Of a DNA stretch of 37,511 nucleotides, positions 28,116-37,511 are shown in pieces. Where the stretch lies: the sequence record SRR31156797_12049, one strand, 5' to 3'. The notes below the pieces were generated by a model that saw only the letters and a program-made list of their open reading frames with translations, did not search any database and was not told the origin of the DNA. The position numbers and the translations under genes were made by a program. Each line of letters begins with the position of its first letter. Position 1 is the first letter of the stretch.

Positions 28116-28967
28116 TCAATCTTTATAGAATCCACGAGACTTGAGAGCATCAATAAAAGGTTCCATATGTTCATCACTAAGTGAGCAGTCTCCGATTTCA
28201 GCACCACGCATTCCATAATCTCCGTGAAAGTCACTTCCGCAGGTTACTAGCAACTTGTTGTGAAGACAGTATGAGAGCAAAAGATTTTCTCTTTCCAAAT
28301 CACTTGATGGATGTCTGGATTCTATACCCATTATACCGGCATCAAGGAAATCATTAATGTTAGAAAAGTTATCGTAAACAAATGGATGAGCTAACACAGG
28401 GATTCCGCCTGATTGTCGAATTGTATCGATAGCATCTTCATATTTAGGGTATTCTATATTAGTCTTTATGTATCCGTTTTTGCCATAAAAATGATTGTAA
28501 ACTTCACTTTGTGAGCTTACATCATAACCTTTGCTGATGAGGTAGTTTATTATTTGTGGTTTATAAATTGTATTGTTGATGAGTAAAGCCTTTACTTCGT
28601 CTAAATCTATATGCACCAGACCTTTACTGTTTATTATAGAGAAATTATTAATTAATTGTTCATTACGTCTTTTCTGAGTAGTACTAATTAAATTATTTAG
28701 TTTGTCATTGTTAGTATCGCAGCCATATCCAACGATATGCACTGAATTATTATTATCAAAATCGTAGCATGATATCTCGATACCGCCGATTACAGTCATA
28801 CCCAGTGATTTGTACTTTGGTGCTTTTGCCAATTTTACAGAATCCAGTGTATCATGGTCTACTATACCCAAATAATCTATACCTTTATTTAGAGCGATAT
28901 TTACATTCTGTTCAAAAGGTATATTGCTGTCCGAGAAGTATGAGTGTACATGGAAGTCGTATTTCAT
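28116..28967 (-). CDS. PHP-domain metal-dependent phosphoesterase (YciV/TrpH-like), copy 2
   Basis: DFHVHS.FSD, DHDT, GIEIS, VH, LAHP and GSDFHG. Confidence 0.9.
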   Translation of the reverse strand: MKYDFHVHSYFSDSNIPFEQNVNIALNKGIDYLGIVDHDTLDSVKLAKAPKYKSLGMTVIGGIEISCYDFDNNNSVHIVGYGCDTNNDKLNNLISTTQKRRNEQLINNFSIINSKGLVHIDLDEVKALLINNTIYKPQIINYLISKGYDVSSQSEVYNHFYGKNGYIKTNIEYPKYEDAIDTIRQSGGIPVLAHPFVYDNFSNINDFLDAGIMGIESRHPSSDLERENLLLSYCLHNKLLVTCGSDFHGDYGMRGAEIGDCSLSDEHMEPFIDALKSRGFYKD

Positions 28968-29018
28968 ATTACTTTTTCCTTTAATTAGTAAGAGTTATAT
29001 TGAATATATCATATATTC

Positions 29019-29861
29019 TTATATAATACTACGTGATTTTAAAGCACTAATAAAAGGTTTCATCAATTCATCACTTAGTGAGCAGTCTCCGATACCTGCA
29101 CCACGATTGACATATTTACCATGATAATCACTGCCGCACGTAATGAGCAAATCATTATTTTCACAATAATTTATGATTGCATTCTCCTCATCAATACTAT
29201 GAAATGGATGCCTTGCCTCCATACCCATGATACCTGCCTTCATTAAATCATCTACATTATCAAAATTATTAGTTGCAAATGCGTGGGCTAATATGGGTAT
29301 GCCGCCAGATTGCTTTACAGCGTCAATTACTTCTCTGTAATCAAAATACTCAACGTCATAATTTATATAACCGCCTTTACTGAATATTTTCTTAAACAAA
29401 GAATCATCAGGTGTTATCCCATGGTAATTAAATAAATATCTTTTTATAGTAATTTCATAGATACTATCGCAAGGGTGGGAAGATATTATCTTATCAATAT
29501 TTATTTTTATTGGCTCATTCTGGTTAATCTGGTTAATGATTTTGATAAAGTTTTCATTTCTTCTTTTGAGTGCTGAGTCTACAATATTTATGAGTTTTTT
29601 ATTTTGGATATCACATCCATAGCTAAGTACATGAACAGTATTGTTATACTCAAAATCAAACGATGATATTTCAACAGCACCAATTACGGATATATCTAAT
29701 GATTTATATTTAGCTGTATTTGCCAAACGCACTGGCTCAAGTGTATCATGATCTGCCATACCCAGAAAGTCAACATTATTTTTAATTGCGATTTCAACAC
29801 TTTCATCAAAAGGTATATCGCTGTCTGAGAAAGTGGAGTGTACGTGAAAATCGTACTTCAT
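29019..29861 (-). CDS. PHP-domain metal-dependent phosphoesterase (YciV/TrpH-like), copy 1
   Basis: Same motifs (DFHVHS, DHDT, EIS, LAH, GSDYHG). MKYDF start with GAGG RBS. Confidence 0.9.
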   Translation of the reverse strand: MKYDFHVHSTFSDSDIPFDESVEIAIKNNVDFLGMADHDTLEPVRLANTAKYKSLDISVIGAVEISSFDFEYNNTVHVLSYGCDIQNKKLINIVDSALKRRNENFIKIINQINQNEPIKINIDKIISSHPCDSIYEITIKRYLFNYHGITPDDSLFKKIFSKGGYINYDVEYFDYREVIDAVKQSGGIPILAHAFATNNFDNVDDLMKAGIMGMEARHPFHSIDEENAIINYCENNDLLITCGSDYHGKYVNRGAGIGDCSLSDELMKPFISALKSRSII

Positions 29862-29985
29862 ATTTTCTGCTACCTCTTTATTATAATTATGGTTAATCAT
29901 TATAGCACATTGTATATGCTAGTAACATACTAAACTATAATTAACTAAGACTTATTAAATGCGTGTAAAATTTCAATTTACGCTA

Positions 29986-30036
29986 TTGACAATGTGTGCT
30001 TATTAAGCTATACTGCATTTGCACATATGCGGAAAT
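29986..30036 (+). promoter_or_regulatory. ars promoter with a candidate ArsR operator
   Basis: TTGACA-17-TATACT, then the imperfect palindrome ATTTGCACATATGCGGAAAT (30017-30036). Confidence 0.7.
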
Positions 30037-30065
30037 ACGAAACAGAAAGAAGGTGAATGTATTAA

Positions 30066-30449
30066 ATGGAAACTTATTTCAAAATGCTTAGCGACGGAAC
30101 AAGACTTAGAATAATAAGCCTTTTGATGGAAAACAGAATGTGCGTCAGTGAACTGTCAGCTGTTACTGATTTGCCGATTTCAACAATATCTAGACATTTG
30201 GCTAAGCTAAGCCTGACAGGTATGATTGTTGATGAACAAAGTGCTCAGTGGGTATATTATGTGATTAATCCTGAGTTCAAATTGCAAAATGAGCTTTTGC
30301 TTGATTATATTGCAGAAAATGCCAAAGAGAGCACATTATTATCAGAGGATAGAGCAAGATATACACGGTACAAATGCAGCGATTACTGCTGCAGAGATAT
30401 TAATATTAATAAGGAAAAAGTACAGAAATTAATGGACAATAAGGAGTAG
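30066..30449 (+). CDS. arsR: ArsR/SmtB-family repressor
   Basis: FK.LSD.TRLRII.LL, MCV.EL, STISRHL..L and WVYY. First gene of the ars cluster. Confidence 0.88.
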   Translation: METYFKMLSDGTRLRIISLLMENRMCVSELSAVTDLPISTISRHLAKLSLTGMIVDEQSAQWVYYVINPEFKLQNELLLDYIAENAKESTLLSEDRARYTRYKCSDYCCRDININKEKVQKLMDNKE

Positions 30450-30453
30450 AAAG

Positions 30454-30849
30454 ATGACTAAAATAGCTTTTATTTGTATTCACAATAGCTGCAGATCCCA
30501 GATAGCGGAGGGATTTGCAAAGCACTATGCAAATGACAAGGTAGAAATCTATTCAGCAGGCAGCGAGGATTATCCTGAAGTAAAGCCGCTGGCGGTTGAA
30601 GTAATGAAAGAAGCTGGAATTGATGTAACAAATCAGTATCCAAAGCTAATTAGTGACATTCCATATGACATAAACCATATAGTAACTATGGGATGTGGTG
30701 TAACCTGTCCTCATATCCCAGGAGCAAAGCATGAAGACTGGGGACTGGATGATCCGTCAGGTAAAGGCATTGAGGAATTCAGAAAGACTAGAGACATTAT
30801 AGAAAACAAAGTAAAGGAATTATTAGTGCAGTTTGATGCACTAAAGTAG
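30454..30849 (+). CDS. arsC: Arsenate reductase (LMW-PTPase fold)
   Basis: CIHNSCRSQ.AE P-loop, MGCGVTCP and DWGLDDP. Confidence 0.9.
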   Translation: MTKIAFICIHNSCRSQIAEGFAKHYANDKVEIYSAGSEDYPEVKPLAVEVMKEAGIDVTNQYPKLISDIPYDINHIVTMGCGVTCPHIPGAKHEDWGLDDPSGKGIEEFRKTRDIIENKVKELLVQFDALK

Positions 30850-30853
30850 TATT

Positions 30854-31819
30854 ATGTTTAATTGGTTAGATAAATTAACAGAGTTATTAGTAAATGGAGT
30901 ATTTGGGATAGCAATAGAGTCAAAGCTTGGTTCTAGTATACATTTCTTTATATACGACAGCGTAAAGATACTTATCCTGTTAACTCTTATAGTGTTTATA
31001 ATGACATTTATCCAGAGCTTCTTTCCTCCAGAAAAGGTAAAGAATGCTTTAGGTAAATTTAAAGGTATCAGCGGCAATATTGCGGCATCTTTGCTTGGTG
31101 TAGTATCACCATTTTGCTCATGCTCATCAGTACCGATTTTTATCGGACTCGTGGAGAGCGGAGTGCCGCTGGGAGTGACATTTTCGTTTCTGATCACATC
31201 ACCTATTGTAAATGAAGCGGCATTTGCTATACTTCTAAGTTTGTTTGGTTGGAAGGTAACAGCTATTTATGTACTAAGCGGTATTATAATCGGTGTAGTC
31301 GGAGGTCTGATTATCGGCAGATTAAAGATGGAAGATGAAGTGATACGATTTGATGTGAATTCTGATGTCAGAGTTGAGGAAGAGGAAATAACTTTCAAAG
31401 ACAGAGTCAGTGAATCATGGGATAAGGCATTAGCAATACTAAAGAAAATCTGGATATATCTGCTGATAGGTATAGGCATCGGTGCAGTAATACATGGCTA
31501 CGTACCATCAGATTTCCTATCTAAATATGCCAGCAAGGATAATCCGCTGGCAGTAATAGTAGGCGTATTATGTGGTGTACCATTGTATGCAAATGCTATG
31601 GCAACGATTCCTATTGCTCAGGCTCTGATAGGAAAGGGAGTAGCGCTAGGTACTGCAATGAGCTTTATGATGGCAGTAGTAGCACTTAGTCTGCCGGAGA
31701 TGATACTCCTAAAGCAGGTTATGAAGAAAAAACTGATGGTAACATTTGTTTTAATCACCACACTGGGTATAATTTTAGTAGGATATCTGTTTAACTATTT
31801 AGAAGTATTTTTGACATAA
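30854..31819 (+). CDS. arsP: ArsP/DUF318-family permease
   Basis: PFCSCSSVP, FSFLI.SP.VNE, G(V)PLY.N and LSLPE in a polytopic membrane protein. Confidence 0.85.
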   Translation: MFNWLDKLTELLVNGVFGIAIESKLGSSIHFFIYDSVKILILLTLIVFIMTFIQSFFPPEKVKNALGKFKGISGNIAASLLGVVSPFCSCSSVPIFIGLVESGVPLGVTFSFLITSPIVNEAAFAILLSLFGWKVTAIYVLSGIIIGVVGGLIIGRLKMEDEVIRFDVNSDVRVEEEEITFKDRVSESWDKALAILKKIWIYLLIGIGIGAVIHGYVPSDFLSKYASKDNPLAVIVGVLCGVPLYANAMATIPIAQALIGKGVALGTAMSFMMAVVALSLPEMILLKQVMKKKLMVTFVLITTLGIILVGYLFNYLEVFLT

Positions 31820-31863
31820 GGTGTCATACATTAATTAAAAACAACATAGCAAAAGGAGACATA

Positions 31864-32103
31864 ATGGAAATTAAATTATTAGGAAAAGGCTGTAGAAACT
31901 GCAATGCATTATATGACAATACTAAAAAAGCATTAGATGAACTAGGCATGGACGAAAGCATTGAGAAAGTAACTGAAATGGCAGATATTATTAAGGCTGG
32001 CGTAATGAGTACACCAGCACTAATTATCAATAATAAAATTGTCTGTACTGGCAAGGTTGCAAAGCCAAAACAGATTGTAGAATACATAAAAAATGCTCAA
32101 TAA
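31864..32103 (+). CDS. Small thioredoxin-like redox-active disulfide protein
   Basis: LGKGCRNC and GVMSTPAL.IN. A usual neighbour of arsP. Confidence 0.88.
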   Translation: MEIKLLGKGCRNCNALYDNTKKALDELGMDESIEKVTEMADIIKAGVMSTPALIINNKIVCTGKVAKPKQIVEYIKNAQ

Positions 32104-32604
32104 TCAGTCATCAAGTTTCAAATGATGTAGATCGCCTTCGTGAGACAAACTTGGAAAATCCAGTTGTCGGAGAGCTTCGTAAAGAGCAATATTAACACTA
32201 TTTGCAAGGTTTAGTGAACGGGTTACATCACGCATTGGAATACGTAAGCAGTTATCATAATTTGCTTTTAGCAATTCCTCGGGCAGTCCTTTGGTTTCTG
32301 AACCAAAGAATAAAAAATCATTATCAAGGTATGCAGCATCTGTATACCTTTTTTTTGCTTTGGTGGTGAAGAAGTAGAAATTGCCATTAGGGTTTTGTTC
32401 AAGGAAATCATCCAAGTCCTCGTATACAGTCACGTTAACTAAATCCCAGTAGTCCAGACCTGCTCGCTTCAAATATTTATCTTTAAGAGAAAATCCTAAC
32501 GGCTTTACTAAGTGTAGATTTGCGCCGGTTATTGCACATGTTCTGGCTACATTGCCTGTATTAGATGGAATTTGTGGATTGACCATTACTATATTTAGTG
32601 GCAT
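32104..32604 (-). CDS. trmL: tRNA (cytidine/uridine-34 2'-O)-methyltransferase
   Basis: PQIP.NTGN.ARTC, L.KPLGF, KRAGLDYW, FG.ET.GL and RSLNLAN. Confidence 0.95.
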   Translation of the reverse strand: MPLNIVMVNPQIPSNTGNVARTCAITGANLHLVKPLGFSLKDKYLKRAGLDYWDLVNVTVYEDLDDFLEQNPNGNFYFFTTKAKKRYTDAAYLDNDFLFFGSETKGLPEELLKANYDNCLRIPMRDVTRSLNLANSVNIALYEALRQLDFPSLSHEGDLHHLKLDD

Positions 32605-32723
32605 AATGTTCTCCGTTCGTTTATTATATCAGTATATCTAGAATACATGAGACCAGAAAATAATTCAAGTCCGAAGTAATAGAACTATAAAACACAATAT
32701 ACGAACAAAAATTCTGAAAACCA

Positions 32724-32752
32724 TTGTAATTATTACGAAACAATGGTATAAT
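32724..32752 (+). promoter_or_regulatory. Candidate sigmaA promoter of the topoisomerase operon
   Basis: TTGTAA-17-TATAAT with extended TG. Confidence 0.5.
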
Positions 32753-32829
32753 TTTTGAAAATAGGCTATAATAAAGTGTTATAGTTATTATGGAATAAAG
32801 TGTTTTGACATATGAAAGGTGGAGATTAA

Positions 32830-34797
32830 GTGGCAGACAGAAAATATAGCTCTGGCGATATAAAGGTGCTGGAGGGGTTAGAAGCCGTTCGAATGAGACC
32901 GGGCATGTATATAGGTTCAACAGGAACCAAAGGACTGCATCATATGATTTGGGAGATTGTAGATAATGCAGTCGACGAAGCGGCAAACGGCTTTGCAGAT
33001 GAAGTATCAGTTATTATAAATGATGATAAATCCGTAACAGTAATAGACAACGGCAGAGGTATGCCTGTAGATATACATCCGACTATGAAGAAAAGCGGGG
33101 TAGAGGTTATCTTTACCAAGCTTCATGCCGGCGGTAAGTTTGACAGCAATTCATACTCATATTCCGGCGGACTTCACGGCGTAGGTGCGTCTGTTGTTAA
33201 TGCTTTATCAAAATGGCTGACTGTAGATGTTCATATTAGTGGCAAAGTCTATCATCAGGAGTTTGAAAGTAAGTTTTCTCCAAGCAAAAAAAGAGTTGTA
33301 TCAGGTAAGCCAAAAGCTCCACTAAAGGTAGCTGGTGATACATTTGAAAAGGGAACAGTTATTACTTTCCTGCCTGATATTGATGTATTTGATCATCTTA
33401 ATTATAATCAGGATACCATTGAGCGTCGATTGAAAGAATTGGCTTATTTAAATAAAGGCATAAAAATTAATTTTGAAGACAAAAGAAAATCAAGTGCCAA
33501 AAAAGAAACGTACTATTATGAAGGCGGTATAGTTAATTTTATTAAGCAATTAAATGAAAATAATACAGTTATAAATGATGAGCCTATTGTTATCTCTGGT
33601 ATGAAAGACGATATTCATATAGATATTGCCATTCAGTACAATACAGGATATAAGGACAATATTTTCTCATATGTTAATAATATTCCTACACCAAATGGCG
33701 GTACTCACGAAACTGGGTTTAAGTCAGCTATTACAAAAACTATGAATGACTATATGCGTCAGAACGGTATACTGAAAGACAAGCAGGCAAACTTAAGCGG
33801 CGAGGATTTTCGTGAGGGAATGACCAGTGTTATTACTATTAAGATGAGGGATGTACAGTTTGAAGGGCAGACAAAAACAAAACTGGGCAATGTTGCTGCA
33901 CGAAAAGCTGTGGAGGCACTGGTAATCGAGAAATTGTCATTGTTTTTAACTGATTTGCAAAATGCAAAATTAGTTACAAAATTAACTGAAAAAGCAGCCC
34001 AGTCTGCAAAGGTTAGAGCAGCTACCAGAAAAGCAACCCAATTAGCAAGAAAGAAATCTGCGCTGGAGGGAGCACCTCTTGTAGGTAAGTTATCCTCATG
34101 TACAGGCAAAAAGGCTGAAGAAAATGAACTTATTTTGGTTGAGGGTGACTCTGCAGGCGGTTCAGCAAAGCAGGCAAGAGACAGACGCTTCCAAGCTATT
34201 CTGCCTCTTCGGGGTAAGCCATTAAATGCTGAGAGAAAGAGACTTGATGCTGTACTAAATAATGAAGAATTCCGCTCAATAATAACAGCTATTGGTACAG
34301 GAGTAGATGCTGAATTTGATATCAGTAAATTAAAGTATAGTAAAATTATTATACTCTCCGATGCTGACCAGGATGGTGCACATATCAGAGCAATCCTGCT
34401 GACATTCTTTTTTAGATATATGAAGGAATTGGTTACCAATGGTAATATATATATTGGACAGCCTCCACTATATAAGGTCAAGAAGGGCAGAACTGAAGAA
34501 TACTGCTATGATGACAAGGCACTAAAAGAAGTAACCGAGAAAATCGGCAAAGGCTACACAATACAAAGATACAAGGGCTTGGGCGAGATGAATCCAGAGC
34601 AATTGTGGAATACCACACTAAACCCAGACGGACGCAAGCTGGTGCAGGTAAATATTGACGATGCGGCAGATGCTGACCGATTGGTATCTGTACTGATGGG
34701 TGACAAAGTAGAACCAAGACGTGATTACATTATTAGTCATGCTAATTTCGACGGCGGAGATATTGTACATGGGGTAGAAGGAGTAACAAATGGCTAA
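32830..34797 (+). CDS. parE: Type IIA topoisomerase B subunit (probably topoisomerase IV ParE)
   Basis: [37 protein letters not shown] and [11 protein letters not shown] start with GGAG RBS. The ParE versus GyrB call is inferred from the partner gene. Confidence 0.8.
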   Translation: MADRKYSSGDIKVLEGLEAVRMRPGMYIGSTGTKGLHHMIWEIVDNAVDEAANGFADEVSVIINDDKSVTVIDNGRGMPVDIHPTMKKSGVEVIFTKLHAGGKFDSNSYSYSGGLHGVGASVVNALSKWLTVDVHISGKVYHQEFESKFSPSKKRVVSGKPKAPLKVAGDTFEKGTVITFLPDIDVFDHLNYNQDTIERRLKELAYLNKGIKINFEDKRKSSAKKETYYYEGGIVNFIKQLNENNTVINDEPIVISGMKDDIHIDIAIQYNTGYKDNIFSYVNNIPTPNGGTHETGFKSAITKTMNDYMRQNGILKDKQANLSGEDFREGMTSVITIKMRDVQFEGQTKTKLGNVAARKAVEALVIEKLSLFLTDLQNAKLVTKLTEKAAQSAKVRAATRKATQLARKKSALEGAPLVGKLSSCTGKKAEENELILVEGDSAGGSAKQARDRRFQAILPLRGKPLNAERKRLDAVLNNEEFRSIITAIGTGVDAEFDISKLKYSKIIILSDADQDGAHIRAILLTFFFRYMKELVTNGNIYIGQPPLYKVKKGRTEEYCYDDKALKEVTEKIGKGYTIQRYKGLGEMNPEQLWNTTLNPDGRKLVQVNIDDAADADRLVSVLMGDKVEPRRDYIISHANFDGGDIVHGVEGVTNG

Positions 34798-37240
34798 AGG
34801 AAAAATTAAAAAAATTGTAAGAAACGAGACAATAATCAATCAATCCCTTTATGATGTAATGCACAATTCTATGCTGCCATATGCAGAATACGTTGTTATG
34901 GAGCGTGCTATACCCAGAGTTGAGGATGGGTTAAAGCCTGTTCAGAGACGTATACTCTATACTATGAAGGAACTCCTAAATACACCTGATAAACCACATA
35001 AAAAATCTGCCCGTGTTGCAGGTGACTGCATGGGTAAATATCATCCTCATGGTGACTCATCAATCTATGATGCTATGGTTCGTATGGCACAGGATTTTTC
35101 ATTTCGTTCACCGCTGGTAGATGGTCATGGTAACTTTGGTTCTATTGATGGCGACTCAGCGGCTGCTATGCGTTACACTGAGGTACGTATGACTGCTCTG
35201 TCCACAGAACTTTTGCGTGATATTGATAAGGATACAGTGTCGTTTTCACTGAACTTTGATGACACTCTGCTTGAGCCAGATATGCTGCCCGGCAGGTATC
35301 CGAACCTATTGGTAAACGGAGCAATGGGTATAGCTGTTGGATTAGCAACTAATATCCCTCCACATAATCTAGGCGAGGTTATAGATGGTACGGTAGCACA
35401 GATAGATAATCCTGATATTACTATAGATGAACTGATGGAGTTTATACCTGGACCAGATTTCCCAACAGGCGGCTATATTGTTGGTAGAGAAGGGATTAAG
35501 GATGCATATAAAAAAGGAAAAGGTAAGGTTACAATCAGAGCAAAAGCAAATATTGAACAAATTGCTGGCGGCAAATCAAACATTGTAATTACTGAAGTAC
35601 CTTATCAGGTTAATAAAGCTAATTTACTTGAGAAAATCCTTCGTTTGTCCGAACAGAAAAAGGGGATTCTATCCTTTATTAATGACATCAGAGATGAATC
35701 CGACAGGACGGGAATGCGTGCAGTAATAGAGATTAAAAAGGATGGAGATGCTAATAAGATTCTACAGTATCTTTATAAGTATTCTGATTTGCAGGTTAAT
35801 TTTGGTGTAAATATGGTTGCTATTGCAGAAAGCAAGCCAATGCTTCTAAACTTAAAGCAAGTTCTGAAGTATTACATTGATCATCAGAAGGATGTTGTTA
35901 CAAGGCGTATAAAGTTTGATTTGGAAAAGGCACTGGCTCGTGAGCATATTGTTGAGGGATTGCTGATTGCAATAAATAATATCGATGAAGTAATCAGAAT
36001 AATTAGATCGTCTGAGTCTACTTCTGTGGCAAAGAAACGACTGATGGATGCTTTTACTCTCACTAGAATACAGGCACAGGCAATACTCGATATGAGACTT
36101 GCAAGGCTTACAGCACTGGAAGTTGACAAATTGGAGCAGGAATTAGCAGAACTAAAGAAGCTAATAGCAAAGTTACGAGGAATACTTCGATCCAATGCAA
36201 AGCTGATGAAGGTTATAAAAACGGAGCTTTTGGAGATACAGAAGAAATATGCAGACAGCAGACGTACGAAGATCGTAAAGGCAGAAGATAAGGAACTGCC
36301 AAGTGCTGAGGACTTTATTTTGGTAGAGGATATTGTTGTAACTATCACAAATAACGGTTTCGTTAAGCGTATGGCGAAAAAGACATATACACGAAGCGAT
36401 ACTTCTGCGCTGATGGATGATTTGGGTGAAAGTGATATTCCGAATACATTAGAGGATATTACTACAGCTCATAACATCTTGATATTTACCTCTAAGGGCA
36501 GCTGCTATCGTGTTAGTACAGCAGATTTCCCAGAGAAGAAATGGAAGGAGAGAGGGCTGCACTTATCATCGATTATTAATGGCTTTGGTAAGGATGAAAA
36601 AGTAGTAGGTTCATTCTGCTATACGAAGCTGCCTGCCAATGGATACATAATGTTTGTTACCAAAAATGGTATGGTTAAAAAGACAGAAATTTCTGAGTAT
36701 GATACCAGAACCAGAAAAATTGTCGCATGCGGCTTAAAAGATGATGAAGTCATATGGGCTGAGTACGTGAAAAAAGGTATGACGATGCTAGTTGTAAGTC
36801 ATGACGGAATGAGCCTGTGTATGCGACAGTCTCAGGTATCTCCAATGGGAAGATCAGCTAAGGGTGTTAAGGCAATGGACCTAAGTAAGGAAGATTACAT
36901 AATATTTGCTTGTTCAAATCCAGAAGATAGCGAGATAGTTTTGGTTTCAGAAAAAGGATATGCTAAGAAGGTAATGGGACTGCAGTTTTCACCTCAGAAC
37001 AGAGGCGGTAAGGGAATGAAAGCATTTACATTTAACGTTAACGGTTCAAATGGTAGCTATATTGCAGGAGCTATAAAGGCAGTAAAAGAGGATGAAATTC
37101 TTATGAAACTAAAATCAGGGGATGAAACCAGATTGCCTGTAGGGCAATTATCCACTGAGAGTACAAAGGGCAGGGGTAAGCCTGTGGTAGTCGCTGTTAT
37201 GGATGATATTATTTCAAAGGTTTATAAACATTTATCATAA
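34790..37240 (+). CDS. parC: Type IIA topoisomerase A subunit (probably topoisomerase IV ParC)
   Basis: [15 protein letters not shown] and AAMRYTE (catalytic Tyr), with a pinwheel CTD. No GyrA box in the first blade. Confidence 0.8.
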   Translation: MAKGKIKKIVRNETIINQSLYDVMHNSMLPYAEYVVMERAIPRVEDGLKPVQRRILYTMKELLNTPDKPHKKSARVAGDCMGKYHPHGDSSIYDAMVRMAQDFSFRSPLVDGHGNFGSIDGDSAAAMRYTEVRMTALSTELLRDIDKDTVSFSLNFDDTLLEPDMLPGRYPNLLVNGAMGIAVGLATNIPPHNLGEVIDGTVAQIDNPDITIDELMEFIPGPDFPTGGYIVGREGIKDAYKKGKGKVTIRAKANIEQIAGGKSNIVITEVPYQVNKANLLEKILRLSEQKKGILSFINDIRDESDRTGMRAVIEIKKDGDANKILQYLYKYSDLQVNFGVNMVAIAESKPMLLNLKQVLKYYIDHQKDVVTRRIKFDLEKALAREHIVEGLLIAINNIDEVIRIIRSSESTSVAKKRLMDAFTLTRIQAQAILDMRLARLTALEVDKLEQELAELKKLIAKLRGILRSNAKLMKVIKTELLEIQKKYADSRRTKIVKAEDKELPSAEDFILVEDIVVTITNNGFVKRMAKKTYTRSDTSALMDDLGESDIPNTLEDITTAHNILIFTSKGSCYRVSTADFPEKKWKERGLHLSSIINGFGKDEKVVGSFCYTKLPANGYIMFVTKNGMVKKTEISEYDTRTRKIVACGLKDDEVIWAEYVKKGMTMLVVSHDGMSLCMRQSQVSPMGRSAKGVKAMDLSKEDYIIFACSNPEDSEIVLVSEKGYAKKVMGLQFSPQNRGGKGMKAFTFNVNGSNGSYIAGAIKAVKEDEILMKLKSGDETRLPVGQLSTESTKGRGKPVVVAVMDDIISKVYKHLS

Positions 37241-37265
37241 GAAATAGCATATTTTAATATAAAAT

Positions 37266-37303
37266 AAAAAAGTTTACTCATAGATAACAATGGGTAAACT
37301 TTT
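37266..37303 (+). terminator. Terminator after the topoisomerase operon
   Basis: AAAAGTTTACTCAT...ATGGGTAAACTTTT. Confidence 0.75.
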
Positions 37304-37315
37304 ATAAATTTTCTA

Positions 37316-37344
37316 TTGATTTTTTAAGAGACTTATTTTATAAT
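37316..37344 (+). promoter_or_regulatory. SigmaA promoter of the tRNA cluster
   Basis: TTGATT-17-TATAAT, ending 18 bp before the tRNA. Confidence 0.65.
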
Positions 37345-37362
37345 AGTCTGTACGTTTGGTAT

Positions 37363-37438
37363 GCCACTATAGCTCAGTAGGTAGAGCACATCCATGGTAA
37401 GGATGGGGTCATCGGTTCAAATCCGATTAGTGGCTCCA
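37363..37438 (+). tRNA. tRNA-Thr(GGT)
   Basis: Acceptor GCCACTA/TAGTGGC, D arm GCTC/GAGC, anticodon arm CATCC-ATGGTAA-GGATG, T arm ATCGG-TTCAAAT-CCGAT and encoded CCA. Confidence 0.97.
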
Positions 37439-37450
37439 ATTTTTTAATTT

Positions 37451-37511
37451 AGAGAGGTGTCCGAGCGGCTGAAGGAGCACGATTGGAAATCGTGTGTGCG
37501 TTGATAGCGTA
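37451..37511 (+). tRNA. tRNA-Ser(GGA), cut off by the window end
   Basis: AGAGAGG-TG-TCCGAGCGGCTGAAGGA, anticodon arm CACGA-TTGGAAA-TCGTG and the start of a long variable arm. Confidence 0.9.

Noticed and set aside
37363-37511. tRNA-anchored genomic island or prophage attachment site
   Set aside because: No duplicated tRNA 3' end or integrase was noticed in the window. Anything downstream is out of view.

Overview
AT-rich chromosomal segment of an endospore-forming Firmicute (Clostridia-like: spoIIGA-sigE-sigG, T-box thrS, sigmaA promoters). Gene order: rbgA (5'-truncated), an rnhB-yraN fusion, a ~1300-aa double GT-C/PMT glycosyltransferase, tldD-tldE, a DUF4349 lipoprotein, an aminotransferase, spoIIGA-sigE-sigG, an L-rhamnose-isomerase homolog lacking its catalytic residues, ferredoxin, a four-repeat acidic lipoprotein, a flippase, a PaaI thioesterase, thrS, an L,D-transpeptidase, a PadR membrane module, a GyrI-like gene, dnaX-ybaB-recR, a structured non-coding element, two tandem PHP genes, an ars operon, trmL, a type IIA topoisomerase pair (probably topo IV), tRNA-Thr and a truncated tRNA-Ser. 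No CRISPR array, integrase or transposase is visible. Best leads: the RhaA pseudoenzyme after sigG, the double GT-C protein-glycosylation candidate, the folded element after recR, the RNase HII-YraN fusion and the PadR module with a triple operator. All family calls come from motif recognition by eye; no database searches were run.
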